Source: Candidatus Latescibacterota bacterium
GTDB lineage: Bacteria; Latescibacterota; UBA2968; UBA8231
DNA: 64,000 nucleotides
Reading direction: 5' to 3'
Assembly: GCA_965223905.1 (NCBI GenBank)
Contig: CBDCXV010000010.1
Location: forward strand, 1,664,001 to 1,728,000
The notes beneath the pieces are model-generated. The model saw only the letters and a program-made list of their open reading frames with translations. It was not told the origin of the DNA and ran no database searches. The position numbers were made by a program, and so were the translations under genes. Positions 41,220 through 50,541 of the stretch are shown in pieces. Position 1 is the stretch's first letter; each line of letters starts with the position of its first letter.

Positions 41220-42399
41220 CCGGCCACCTCCGAAAGCTCCATGCGGCTTGTGTCTCTCCAGTCCGAAAACGCCCTGATCCGGGCGACCACTTCCGCTACG
41301 GTCTCGGCGGCAGCGGCCACCTCCTCCTCGCTGTTCAGCACCGACATGCTGAAGCGGACGCTTGCGTACGCCTCCTCTTCGGTCAGTGCCATGGCCCGCA
41401 GCACGTGCGACGGCTCGGGCCGGTGGTTGGTGCATGCCGAACTCTGCGAACACCGGATCCCGCGCTGGTCCAACCGGGCTACCATTGCCTGTCCGTCCAC
41501 GCCGTCAAAGAGCAGGTTCGTCGTGTTGCACACGCGGGTGGCGCGCCCCCCGTTCACCGACACGCCGGCGCACCGGTCCACGATCTCGCTTTCGAACAGA
41601 TCGCGCAGCCTGCCGAGCTTGGTGATCGTCTCGGGGAGAGAGCCTGCACGGATGCCGGCAGCACATCCCATGCCGGCGATGCCCGGGACGTTCTCGGTTC
41701 CGGCCCGCAGGCCCGACTCCTGATCGCCGCCGTCCAGGAGCCCCCTGACCTCGACGCTGCCGCGCAGGTACAGGGCTCCTGTACCGGGCGGAGCGTGGAA
41801 CTTGTGCCCTGCAATCGACGCGAAGTCTATCGGCAGTTCCCGCAGATTCACCGGCAGCTTACCGACTGCCTGGGCCGCGTCAGTGTGGAAGGGCATTCCG
41901 GCTTCCGAGCAGATCCGCCCTAATTCCTCAACCGGTTGGGCGACCCCGGTCTCGCTGTTCACCCACTGAATCGATACCAGGGCGGCTTCCCCGGCGACCG
42001 CTTCCCGCAGGTCCTCCGAATCCACGATCCCGCTTCTGCCGACAGGAAGCAGCACGACTTCCGTTCCTTCACCCTCGGTCCTTTCGAGGGCGGCGAGGAC
42101 TGAGGAGTGTTCGACTGCGGTCGAGACGATCCTTTTTCCCGGCCCGGAGAAGCTGCGGATGACGGTGTTGTTCGCCTCGGTGGCGCCGCTGGTGAAGATG
42201 ATGGAGTCGGGCTGGCATCCGAGAAGTGAGGCCAGCGACGACCTGGCGTTGCGCAGCTGCCCGCGCGCACGGTCGCCGGCGGCATGGCTGCTGGAGGGAT
42301 TGCCGAACGTCCCCCCCATCGCATTCAACACGGCGGCGCGAACCTCGGGCAGTGCCTGAGTCGTCGCGTTGTTGTCGAGATAGATCTCGGAAGGTCCAT
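41216..42399 (-). CDS. sspA: Cysteine desulfurase (SspA/DndA/IscS-like); ATG at 42399 is one base out of frame
   Basis: IYLDNNATT, GNPSS, FTSGATEANN, HTDAAQAVGK, GHKFHAP, RAGTEN, SQSSACT. Confidence 0.85.
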
Positions 42400-42574
42400 G
42401 CTCAGGGCCTGAGAGGGTGCAGATGAGAGGTGGGTGTTGCGAATCGGAGGGCGAGGCAAGGCCCGTCTGGTCTCAGATGGGAACAAAAACGAGGCCAGGT
42501 TTCGGGGGGTGGCGAGCAGTCCAAGCCGGGGACCCTGGGAGATTTCAAGAGGTATTCAAGCCCTGAACTGTCCT

Positions 42575-42627
42575 AACCTATCCCAAATGTTGGGGAGTGG
42601 TCAAGCGAATTCCCAAGATGTTGGGGT
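42575..42627 (-). promoter_or_regulatory. Putative ssp-operon promoter with two palindromic operators
   Basis: TTGACC-18-TAGGTT; CCCAA-ATG-TTGGG (42582-42594) and CCCAA-GATG-TTGGG (42612-42625) flank the -35. Confidence 0.45.
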
Positions 42628-42802
42628 TTCCTGGTGAAAGAGCACCGGGGGAGTAGCCGGTTCCGCTCGGTCGTGGATCTGTTCCCTTAAGGTCGCAGTA
42701 ACGGCGGCTATTGGATACGGTTAATATACTGAACAAAAGTGCACACTGGCAAGGTCGGGTGCAACAGATTCTGCCAGCACTTCGGGCCCTCTGGAACGGT
42801 CG

Positions 42803-44311
42803 TCAGTCAAGCATGGTGGCCGCCAAACGGCCCATTCGCATGCAAACACGCCGGTATAGAAGGCTGAAGCGATCGCGCCAGCCCGCTCTCTTCTCCTTGA
42901 GGAATGGATACGTCGGCCGCCCGCGCTCGCCGAGGCCGAACCGCCTGTGGGTGAACTCGCAACTATCCACACAACGATCCGGATGTTCGAGCCACTGCGT
43001 CTCGGCTTCCACGAACCTGTGTTCGAAGGACCACTGGCCCGCAGTCGCTCCGCAGTCGTGCCACCAATCCTGGCCGACCAAATAGCGGACGAGGATGCGC
43101 ATCTCCTCGGCAGCTACAACATTGCAGAATGCGATCGTGTTCTGGCCGGGCTCTGGGCCGTCGTTCACTTCATCGTTGATGTACCGTCCTCTGCGTCTTA
43201 TGCCTAACCGCTCGTCTCTCGCGTCACTACTGGTGTACTGACCTCGGCAGCGCAGGCAGCGCATGTCCGGCCCCACCAAGTGGACGTTCCACTTTGCGGA
43301 GAGCAACCGCTCCCTCGATTCCACGAGAACGCCACCATCGATCAACGGAAGGCAGTTCGAATACGCGATGTGGTTAAGAACCTCGCGCGCCTCCGGATTG
43401 TCGACGCAGCATAGGATGATGTCCGCGTCGGCCGTGTGTCGATATGCCCGTTCGGTGCGTATCGACAGTGGCACAGCCCGAATGACCGGCCTCCCGGCCG
43501 TGGCCACCTTTCGAAGGTGTGCCGCCGCTACCTCCGCCTTTGGCAGCCCTAGGCAGTGCCGGTCGGCGTAGATCAAGCGATCCAGGTTCCTTTCCTCGAC
43601 CCAGTCTGAATCAACGACGGTGATTTCCTCGAATCCTGTGCGCGTTAGACACTCCAGCACGATGGAGCCGACACTTCCCGCTCCCACAACGCAGATGTGC
43701 GTACGAGCCAGCCGTGCCTGCGCTTCCACTCCCCAGCAATCCAACGTCCGCACCAAGCTTTGTCGGCGGACATAGGGAGGGTAGGCGTCCGGTGGGGAAT
43801 CGGCACTCGTGGATCGGGCTCCGACGCGCCGCACGTCCGTGCAGTGAACGGGCTGGACGCCGCGCCCCGATTCCCGCCAGAACCGTGCGCTCCAGCAACC
43901 GTCTGAGCCCATTGTCATCCCCAACAGAGGCAGTCGAGTCTCGCGGACGAACGGGGCGATCACGTTGCGCTCTGTATCGTGGTCCAAATCGCTCATCCCC
44001 TGCCAGCCGGATCCGGGATGGCTGTGCAGCACGGCTACCCCCGCCTCCGCCTTAAGCGCGCGGTCGAGCACTCGGTTCAGGTAGCCGCTATGCACTGTCA
44101 CATTCCCGTGCAGATCTCGATCCCCATCTTCAGGAAGGACGACTTCCCCGAGGATTCCCGTATAGCGGTTGAAACCGTCCCCCCGGCGCCACAGGGCCAA
44201 ACAAGCCTCCTCCTGGCAATGGCCATGTCGGAATCCACTCAGCAGGTGGTCTGCGAGTTCAGGGTGAAGTGCTTCCCGTATCACGACCCGATGGATGGGG
44301 ATTATATACAT
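42803..44311 (-). CDS. JAB-peptidase + ThiF (E1-like) fusion protein
   Basis: JAB: QEEAC...VLHSHPG...MSDLD; E1: VVGAGSVG, VDSDWVEERNLDRL, PKAEV, CVDN..AR, LIDGG, CLRC. Confidence 0.82.
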   Translation of the reverse strand: MYIIPIHRVVIREALHPELADHLLSGFRHGHCQEEACLALWRRGDGFNRYTGILGEVVLPEDGDRDLHGNVTVHSGYLNRVLDRALKAEAGVAVLHSHPGSGWQGMSDLDHDTERNVIAPFVRETRLPLLGMTMGSDGCWSARFWRESGRGVQPVHCTDVRRVGARSTSADSPPDAYPPYVRRQSLVRTLDCWGVEAQARLARTHICVVGAGSVGSIVLECLTRTGFEEITVVDSDWVEERNLDRLIYADRHCLGLPKAEVAAAHLRKVATAGRPVIRAVPLSIRTERAYRHTADADIILCCVDNPEAREVLNHIAYSNCLPLIDGGVLVESRERLLSAKWNVHLVGPDMRCLRCRGQYTSSDARDERLGIRRRGRYINDEVNDGPEPGQNTIAFCNVVAAEEMRILVRYLVGQDWWHDCGATAGQWSFEHRFVEAETQWLEHPDRCVDSCEFTHRRFGLGERGRPTYPFLKEKRAGWRDRFSLLYRRVCMRMGRLAATMLD

Positions 44312-44480
44312 AATTCAGCAAGTCTAATTTTAGTAATCTCATCCGCGAAATTAAAGAAAATCTGGTATAATATAATAGAGAAAATACCAGAGAGAAGGAC
44401 ATCCCAGGTCCTCAAGTGTTTAGCCTCGAACACACGGCAGCATGCCATATTGGCACCGTGGGTCTGGGTCGATACGCGCA

Positions 44481-45368
44481 TCATTTTCCGGATCTGCATA
44501 TCGTGGAGGCATGAAGGTCCAAGGTTACCGTTTTGATGACGTTTTCATATACCCTAATCCCATCAGCAAAAACGAGCTCCCGAGAATCGGGAGACCATGC
44601 TATACTATTGCTCCCCAGTTCCCACTTGTGTATAAGCTTCTTGTTGGAGCCATCCAGGTCCATTGTCCATACGCTTTTCTCGTATCCTGCGATCTTATCG
44701 TCCGGGAAATCGCTGTAGTCGTCCCGATTAAATTCTTCCCCACGAACAATAACTGCCATCCTTTTCCCGTTAGGAGCTACGTCAGAATATGTGCCTTTGC
44801 TTATGAAGTGCGACGTATCTCCATCGGTTATCCAGACCTCCGAGCTTCTTGTCCAGTATATGATGCGTCCACCGGGAGCCCATGTAATCCCGAAAATTTG
44901 CCTGCTGTCTAATACATCATTAGGGATACGTTTGACAACGCCACCTTCCAGAGTTATTACAATAATTTCCTGGGCTCCTCCTCCTAAGAATAGAAAAGCC
45001 AATAGATCATCTCCAACAGGAGACCATTCCACAGATCTTAATGGTCCGTCACTCCCGCTATTAAAGATTGGCCATTCTGGCCTTTCGGAACCATCTAAGC
45101 TCCTCCAAGTAACTCCCCAATCATCAAAGCCCATTTCACTTGCGTTAAAAGCATAGGCCATCCTTGTTCCATCCGGAGATAGATCTCCCCGATAGACCAG
45201 GTTATAGTTGCCCAATTTTGTAAAGTGAGAATTGTCTGGATCAACTACACCAAATCCGTATTTTTTGTTTCCCCTTTCCACTTTCCAGGAGAAATCGAAA
45301 TAAACCTGTCCCCAGACGGAAGACGCTACTATCAGAATAATAACTGACACTCCGGCAAGTCTTTGCAT
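44481..45368 (-). CDS. TolB-like (PD40) beta-propeller secreted protein, probably C-terminally truncated
   Basis: Signal peptide; LSPDGTRMAY, WSPVGD, WAPGG, VAPNGKR, WSPDSREL repeats. Confidence 0.72.
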   Translation of the reverse strand: MQRLAGVSVIILIVASSVWGQVYFDFSWKVERGNKKYGFGVVDPDNSHFTKLGNYNLVYRGDLSPDGTRMAYAFNASEMGFDDWGVTWRSLDGSERPEWPIFNSGSDGPLRSVEWSPVGDDLLAFLFLGGGAQEIIVITLEGGVVKRIPNDVLDSRQIFGITWAPGGRIIYWTRSSEVWITDGDTSHFISKGTYSDVAPNGKRMAVIVRGEEFNRDDYSDFPDDKIAGYEKSVWTMDLDGSNKKLIHKWELGSNSIAWSPDSRELVFADGIRVYENVIKTVTLDLHASTICRSGK

Positions 45369-45369
45369 T

Positions 45370-46380
45370 TCACTTACTCTTCACCTCTCCCCAGGTTGCA
45401 GGAGAAACCCTCGTAGTTTTGTCTCCCGAAGGCGACCAAGCTATTGAGTTTATGTACTCGGGAAAATCAATTATATCTCGTACGATGCCATCCAGAGAAA
45501 CAGCCTTAATCTCTCTAATTGTAATAAAAGCAACCTCCCTGGAATCAGGAGACCAAGAAATGCGGAACTCTTGTAAGGGTACGTATCCTCTGAATTGATG
45601 TACCAGTTTTCTGTTGCTGCCATCCATATCCATTACCCATATTTCCAAATCAGTTGGACTACTTCCTGTATATCCTGGAGCAATTAAAAAAGCTACTTTC
45701 GTTTCATCCGGAGATACGTCTGGGCTTCTTCCTTCTCCCAATGACTGTGAAAAATCACCGTCTGTAATCCACATTTCGCCTGACTCACTGTATATGAATT
45801 GTCCATCTGGAGCCCAATCGCAATACTTGTAAGTTCCATACTTTGCTTCAGTGGAAATTTCTTGTAGTATGATCCCTCGTCTTATGTCGCTAAATGGATC
45901 TACTACAATTAATTCAGGAGGTTCAGAAGGTTGAATATCGGCAAATAAGAGTATCTTTGTCCCGTCAGGTGACCATCTTGGAGAATAAATACGTGGAGTA
46001 TCTGACGATCCCTGATAGAAAACATATTTCCATGATTGATACGGGTCGTCATTGTCATGAATGTTCCCCCATTTTGGGAGGTAGTCCCAACGGTTTGACA
46101 TTGTGAGGCCATATGATGTTCCATAGCTTTTAACTGAACTGTAGACATCTATGATGTAATTACCGTCAGGAGATAGATCAAATGCCTCACCGGTCCAATA
46201 TCCTATAAGGGTAGAGGGATCAGTTCCCTTAGAATCTGTGTAGTAACTTGCTCCCTCTTCTGCAATAAAAGCTATCTCGTCTGCTCCGGATGCCACTATC
46301 CCGAGGCAGGAAAGAACAACTATTATGGTAATCATATGGCCGCTCCTTAGTGATGTAAGCAGACGTATTTCCGCGTTCAC
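45370..46380 (-). CDS. TolB-like (PD40) beta-propeller secreted protein with PATWGEVK tail
   Basis: LSPDG, WSPDG, WAPDG, VSPDE, WSPDS, WSPSG repeats; start uncertain. Confidence 0.75.
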   Translation of the reverse strand: MNAEIRLLTSLRSGHMITIIVVLSCLGIVASGADEIAFIAEEGASYYTDSKGTDPSTLIGYWTGEAFDLSPDGNYIIDVYSSVKSYGTSYGLTMSNRWDYLPKWGNIHDNDDPYQSWKYVFYQGSSDTPRIYSPRWSPDGTKILLFADIQPSEPPELIVVDPFSDIRRGIILQEISTEAKYGTYKYCDWAPDGQFIYSESGEMWITDGDFSQSLGEGRSPDVSPDETKVAFLIAPGYTGSSPTDLEIWVMDMDGSNRKLVHQFRGYVPLQEFRISWSPDSREVAFITIREIKAVSLDGIVRDIIDFPEYINSIAWSPSGDKTTRVSPATWGEVKSK

Positions 46381-46535
46381 TTCAATGATGACTTTATCTG
46401 TCCCCAGGTTGCAGGACGAACACTCGTTGCCCCACTGCCTGGAATCCAGTCAACGTCCCATACAACATCAGTCTCAAACAGAAACACAGAGTCCGTTCCG
46501 TCCGCATCTACCATGTAAAGACCGCGCCCAGTGAT
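46377..46535 (-). pseudogene. C-terminal fragment of a third propeller paralog
   Basis: Manual translation ITGRGLYMVDADGTDSVFLFETDVVWDVDWIPGSGATSVRPATWGQIKSSLK*. Confidence 0.6.
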
Positions 46536-46809
46536 TCAGGACGATCTGAATTAACCTCAAGCGCGACTTCCAGACTGAATTGTCAACCAGGGTCCAGAAC
46601 AATTCCACCCGTTCGTAGGGAAATCCCAAAGCCTTCGGCCTTATCGAGGATGGAATCGTCATTGAACCTCAGATGCCTGACCCCTCCTGGATCTTGTTAG
46701 CTGTCCGGGTGGAAAAGTCGGAATCGGAAGGACCTGGGGGTTAGAAATGTGCGTGAGAGGCGTGTGGTGTTTCGCCCGCGAGGAAATCAAGCCTGTCAGG
46801 GAATTACCG

Positions 46810-47076
46810 TTAAGAACGGAGAGCTCTGCCATATGCATCTCCAAACTCTTCCAGAGACTCGCGAAGTTTGCTAATGTCCCGAATCACAGCCTGATGCTTG
46901 TTCCGGAAAAGAGAAATCTCGTCCGCGTCTGAAAGTGTGCGAAGTGAAGGAAAATCCGATAGCCTGGGCCTATGAGTAGTCTCAAAGACCGTCTTTTCCC
47001 TTGATAGCCAGTTTATTTGATCTTGAAGTTTTTGGTCGAATATCTCAATCGTGCGTTCAATCTCTTCATGATTCAT
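46810..47076 (-). CDS. Hypothetical protein
   Basis: 88-aa ORF with GGAGGA upstream. Confidence 0.45.
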   Translation of the reverse strand: MNHEEIERTIEIFDQKLQDQINWLSREKTVFETTHRPRLSDFPSLRTLSDADEISLFRNKHQAVIRDISKLRESLEEFGDAYGRALRS

Positions 47077-47135
47077 AGTAAGAACGAATCCTCCGGTTCA
47101 AGCGCCTTTTAAATTTAAATTCTCTTCTTCCCTGA

Positions 47136-47930
47136 TCAGTCCTGCAAGCCGTCGTTTAGGTCAGGAGAATAGTTATCAGAAATCACTCGGAAAATGTAAT
47201 CCGCCAAGATAAGCATATTTAAGCTATGCTTATACGTAGAGTAGGGCACTAAACCATGCACCACAGCATGGCGATTCGGAACAGAATCCCTGATATATCC
47301 TTCCCTATTACTGTCAGTTACTCCTTCATAAATATGCTCCACAAGGCGTCCAAAAAGGATCAGTCCATGCGCTTTTTTTGGCAGAAAATCCTCTAACGAT
47401 CCACGATTGGCAAACGATTCAAGGAGCTTCTTCGAGCCAATACGACCTGCCTTGTCCTCAAAAACACACTCCCTGAGTATTCGTTCCATTTCAGGAAACA
47501 ACAATCGACAGACACATCGATGAAGACCTTCTCTATGAGCGATCAAGGCTTCCCGGAAGGTCTCTTTGCTCTCTTCTGAGATAGGACAGGTTACTAATCG
47601 TAGCTCCATCTCTTGCTGAATACGGTTCCAGTTCTTCCTATAGAACTCGGACAAACGACGATCCAATAGAGAGGTATCTCCGGCACAAGCTTCTACAAGC
47701 TGGATGGAAACAGAATCGTAAGGCAGCCAACCTGTTGCATCTACTGAATCCATGAAATCTGAGTACCTTTGAAAATGGCTTAAATGCCTAACGAAGAGGC
47801 AGTCTTTTCCCCCGTCTCTTTCATTCAGCAATCCGGCCATGCCTTCATTTCCCTCCTTTCCACCTATATGGCCCCCGGGATGATCGAGATCGAGTTGTGA
47901 GGCCAAGATGTTCATCACTTCTCCTCCCAC
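47136..47930 (-). CDS. Hypothetical protein with RxxxxH (HEPN-like) motif
   Basis: ALIAHREG..., C-terminal VPNRHAVVHG. Confidence 0.5.
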   Translation of the reverse strand: MGGEVMNILASQLDLDHPGGHIGGKEGNEGMAGLLNERDGGKDCLFVRHLSHFQRYSDFMDSVDATGWLPYDSVSIQLVEACAGDTSLLDRRLSEFYRKNWNRIQQEMELRLVTCPISEESKETFREALIAHREGLHRCVCRLLFPEMERILRECVFEDKAGRIGSKKLLESFANRGSLEDFLPKKAHGLILFGRLVEHIYEGVTDSNREGYIRDSVPNRHAVVHGLVPYSTYKHSLNMLILADYIFRVISDNYSPDLNDGLQD

Positions 47931-48308
47931 CGGCGCGCCAGGAAGGCGATCCCGGAACCGGCTTCCCTTCTCTGTCTACTATCCGCTACTGTTTACCGAA
48001 ACTTGTACCACGCTAAATCCATTCTAACCCATTCTTTCCTGCAGGCAACGGCAAGGTAAGGGCAGACGGCTGTTACCGCTACCGGCTCGATGAACTCTGC
48101 CACGGGTTCCCCCCTCCAATCCCGATCCTACCGGACCCGAATACCCTTTCAATACCCCGCCCAGGCAAGCTGTCTCAGGGTCGTTTTCTCTACCCCTTCG
48201 TCGGTGAAGGAGGTCCTAACCGAAAAAACGTTCCTGATTGCCGGTCAGGTCCGCGTTTTTCGAAAAAATCTGGTATAACATAATGGAAAGGTATCTAACC
48301 CCGATGGA

Positions 48309-48735
48309 TCAACGCGCCCTCCAGATCCTACGGAGATGTCGGTCCAGGTAGGTTCTCAGGCTCTTTCCGTCCGGCGTCTCGATCTGGTCCCAGAAGTCCC
48401 CCCGACGGGGCACTGATCGCCATCCAACTGAGCCCGTCTTCCCCTTCATAGTGGTTGACGACTCCCCTCGGCTGCGACCCCTTGACCTGCTCTGCCAGGA
48501 CATCATCCGGCGGCGACAAGTACAGCCAGTGTGGCGCAACTTCGGGCCATTCTCCTTCGTCTGGGTGCAGGGCGAGCCCCAACGTCACGGTCTCTCCAGC
48601 GCGACTGCCGTCCTCGATCTGATAGTCGAAGCGGACACCTTCTGCACCGCCTTGGTCCTTTGGCGCCGAGAACGACTCGTGCCGGTAGCCCAGCCCGGCA
48701 AGCTCCGCCGCCATTCGCTCCGAGTTCTGGCTCAT
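48309..48735 (-). CDS. Prokaryotic E2-like protein, frameshift at ~48400
   Basis: VRFDYQIEDGSRAGETVTLGL...EWPEVAPHWLYLSPP...WMAISAP/SGDFW...YLDRHLRRIW; removing one base in a C6 run joins the frames; originally coupled to JAB-E1. Confidence 0.6.
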
Positions 48736-48817
48736 GCGAAAGGCGCACCTTTCTCGGGTGCCGCCCGGAAGATTTTGTAGTTTGTCAACTGTAGGTTGTG
48801 CGAAAGGAGAGAATGGC

Positions 48818-49915
48818 ATGTTTGGAATACGACTTCGGCTCGCTCGTAAGCGAGCAGGCCTTTCCTTGCGGTCACTTGCAGAACAGATGGAGCCGAGAGT
48901 CACCGCGCAGGCCATCAGCAAGTACGAGGCGGGCATGATGATGCCCTCTTCGTCGGTTCTGGTTGGCCTCGGCAAGGCGCTTGACGTCTCGCTGGACTTC
49001 CTCATGAGCGCCCAAGTCGAGGCGGTCGACGGCCTTGAGTTCCGCAAGCATTCCAGCACTTCGCCGAGCGACCGCGCGAAGGCCGAAGCCGTCCTGATCG
49101 ACAACCTTGAGCGGTATCTGACCATCGAAGAGGTTCTCGAAGTACCCCCGCCGGGCGACTCGTTCGAGGACCGCCGCTACGACAGCGTCGCTACCGAAGA
49201 AGAGATCGACACTAGGGCCGATGAGGTCCGCAACGCGTGGGACCTTGGCAACGATCCAGTGCCCAGCCTATGCGCCCTCCTTGAGGAAAAGGGAATAAAG
49301 GTGGTCGAAGGAGACCTCCCTGAGCGCATCAGCGGCTTGGCGTGCCGCGTCATGCGAGACGGCAGGGTGGTCGCCGATGCAGTAGCGGTATCGAAGCGGA
49401 CGAACGTGGAGCGCAAACGCCTCACCCTGGCCCACGAACTCGCACACAGAATCATCCGTTCCACCGGAAACCCCGCCATCAAGCTGGAGGCCGCAATGAA
49501 CCGCTTCGCAGGCGCCTTCCTCGTCCCACGCAAACATCTCCTCAAGGAAGCCGGAGCAAGCCGTCACCGCGTCACCTACTACGAGATCATCCGCCTCAAG
49601 CACACCTACGGCGTCTCAGCGGCCGCAATGTTGGTCCGCCTCGGTCAAGTCGGCATCCTGCGTCCTTCCGCCGTCGAGCGCGCCTTCAGATCCTTTGCCC
49701 GCTCTTGGCGCAAGACGGAACCAGAACCGATCGGCTCCGATCAAGGATTCGGGGCATTCGAGAAGCCCCAGCGCTTTGAGCGACTTGTCTGGCGCGCCAT
49801 CGGCGAAGAGCTGATCTCGCCGGTGCGTGCGGCCGCTCTTCTCAACGAGTCCCTCGACGCGGTCGAGCAGCAGATCAGCGGTCCGCTATCCAGTGACGTG
49901 TGTCATTGTCAATGA
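48818..49915 (+). CDS. XRE HTH + ImmA/IrrE metallopeptidase
   Basis: FGIRLRLARKRAGLS, ISKYEAG, RLTLAHELAH, ANRFA-like MNRFAGAFLVP, YGVS; AGGAGA RBS. Confidence 0.88.
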   Translation: MFGIRLRLARKRAGLSLRSLAEQMEPRVTAQAISKYEAGMMMPSSSVLVGLGKALDVSLDFLMSAQVEAVDGLEFRKHSSTSPSDRAKAEAVLIDNLERYLTIEEVLEVPPPGDSFEDRRYDSVATEEEIDTRADEVRNAWDLGNDPVPSLCALLEEKGIKVVEGDLPERISGLACRVMRDGRVVADAVAVSKRTNVERKRLTLAHELAHRIIRSTGNPAIKLEAAMNRFAGAFLVPRKHLLKEAGASRHRVTYYEIIRLKHTYGVSAAAMLVRLGQVGILRPSAVERAFRSFARSWRKTEPEPIGSDQGFGAFEKPQRFERLVWRAIGEELISPVRAAALLNESLDAVEQQISGPLSSDVCHCQ

Positions 49916-50070
49916 CGCTTCCTGCCTGATCGACCTCCGCAAGGGTGGATTGCTGGAGGCCCTCTGCAATCTGCCGTACCGACTCGTGGTTCCGCTGCCC
50001 GTACGCGCGTCGGAAGTCCTCGACTTCGCCGACCAGCAATGGCAACACCTCGAGGACCACGGCATGATCG
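49893..50070 (+). pseudogene. PIN-domain protein, truncated
   Basis: VIVNDASCLIDLRKGGLLEALCNLPYRLVVP...SEV; similarity lost after ~60 aa. Confidence 0.65.
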
Positions 50071-50541
50071 ACTCGAGTCTTTGGCCGGACGGCTTTGACG
50101 GTTGCGGGCTACCCCCACTGCATGCGGGGACCCCGACACAGATGCGCGCCATCGGTCAGGGTGGGGGGGCCCAGACGAGCATGAGGTCGCCGACCCCGCC
50201 GGCGATCAGCTCGTCCTGGACGCGCTCGTCCTCGAGGAAGTCGAAGGGAGGGAAGACGAAGGGCAGTGGGCGCAGCAGCGGCATGGCGTTCTCCCGGGTT
50301 TTTTGTGGCTGGGCAGCAGCTTCGGGCGGTGCCGGTGACGACACCGAAATACCGCGCTGACTGCCCGGGGGCTTCTGGGGAGCAGCGTGGCGGTCGTGCG
50401 GAATCGCGAGGGCTTCGCGCCGGTGTCAAGCACTGGGGGCGATCCGTCACACCGAGGTTTGCGCGCATCCGGGCAGCCCCTATGTTGGACGAATCCCCTG
50501 CCGCAACTGCTTCATCCCCCATCACCCGACGGTTTCTTCGT

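Larger units (their letters stand above)
44297..48302. mobile_element. Transposase-less AT-rich cargo element (IS1595-family-like ends)
   Basis: Flanked by direct repeat (C)GATGGAT at 44289/44290-44296 and 48302/48303-48309; ends GGGGATTATATAC / GGGGTTAGATAC; removal rejoins the E2 stop with the JAB-E1 TTG start. Confidence 0.7.

Noticed and set aside
36647-42399. Classical dndABCDE, BREX or sulfate-assimilation cysH operon
   Set aside because: No DndB/D/E, PglX/PglZ or cys genes; DUF4007 + ATPase + PAPS reductase + desulfurase fits Ssp better.
48270-48300. dif/pdif site (minus strand TTATGTTATAC resembles a XerD arm)
   Set aside because: No credible XerC arm at 6-bp spacing here or in the 44360 copy.
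42803-48735. Type II CBASS or thiamine/molybdopterin biosynthesis
   Set aside because: No CD-NTase, no ThiS/MoaD or pathway genes; domain order is JAB-E1 with a separate E2-like gene.
33164-50100. tRNA-Glu as integration site of the defence island
   Set aside because: No integrase, no duplicated tRNA 3' end seen, and a host-like GH4 gene lies between the tRNA and the island.
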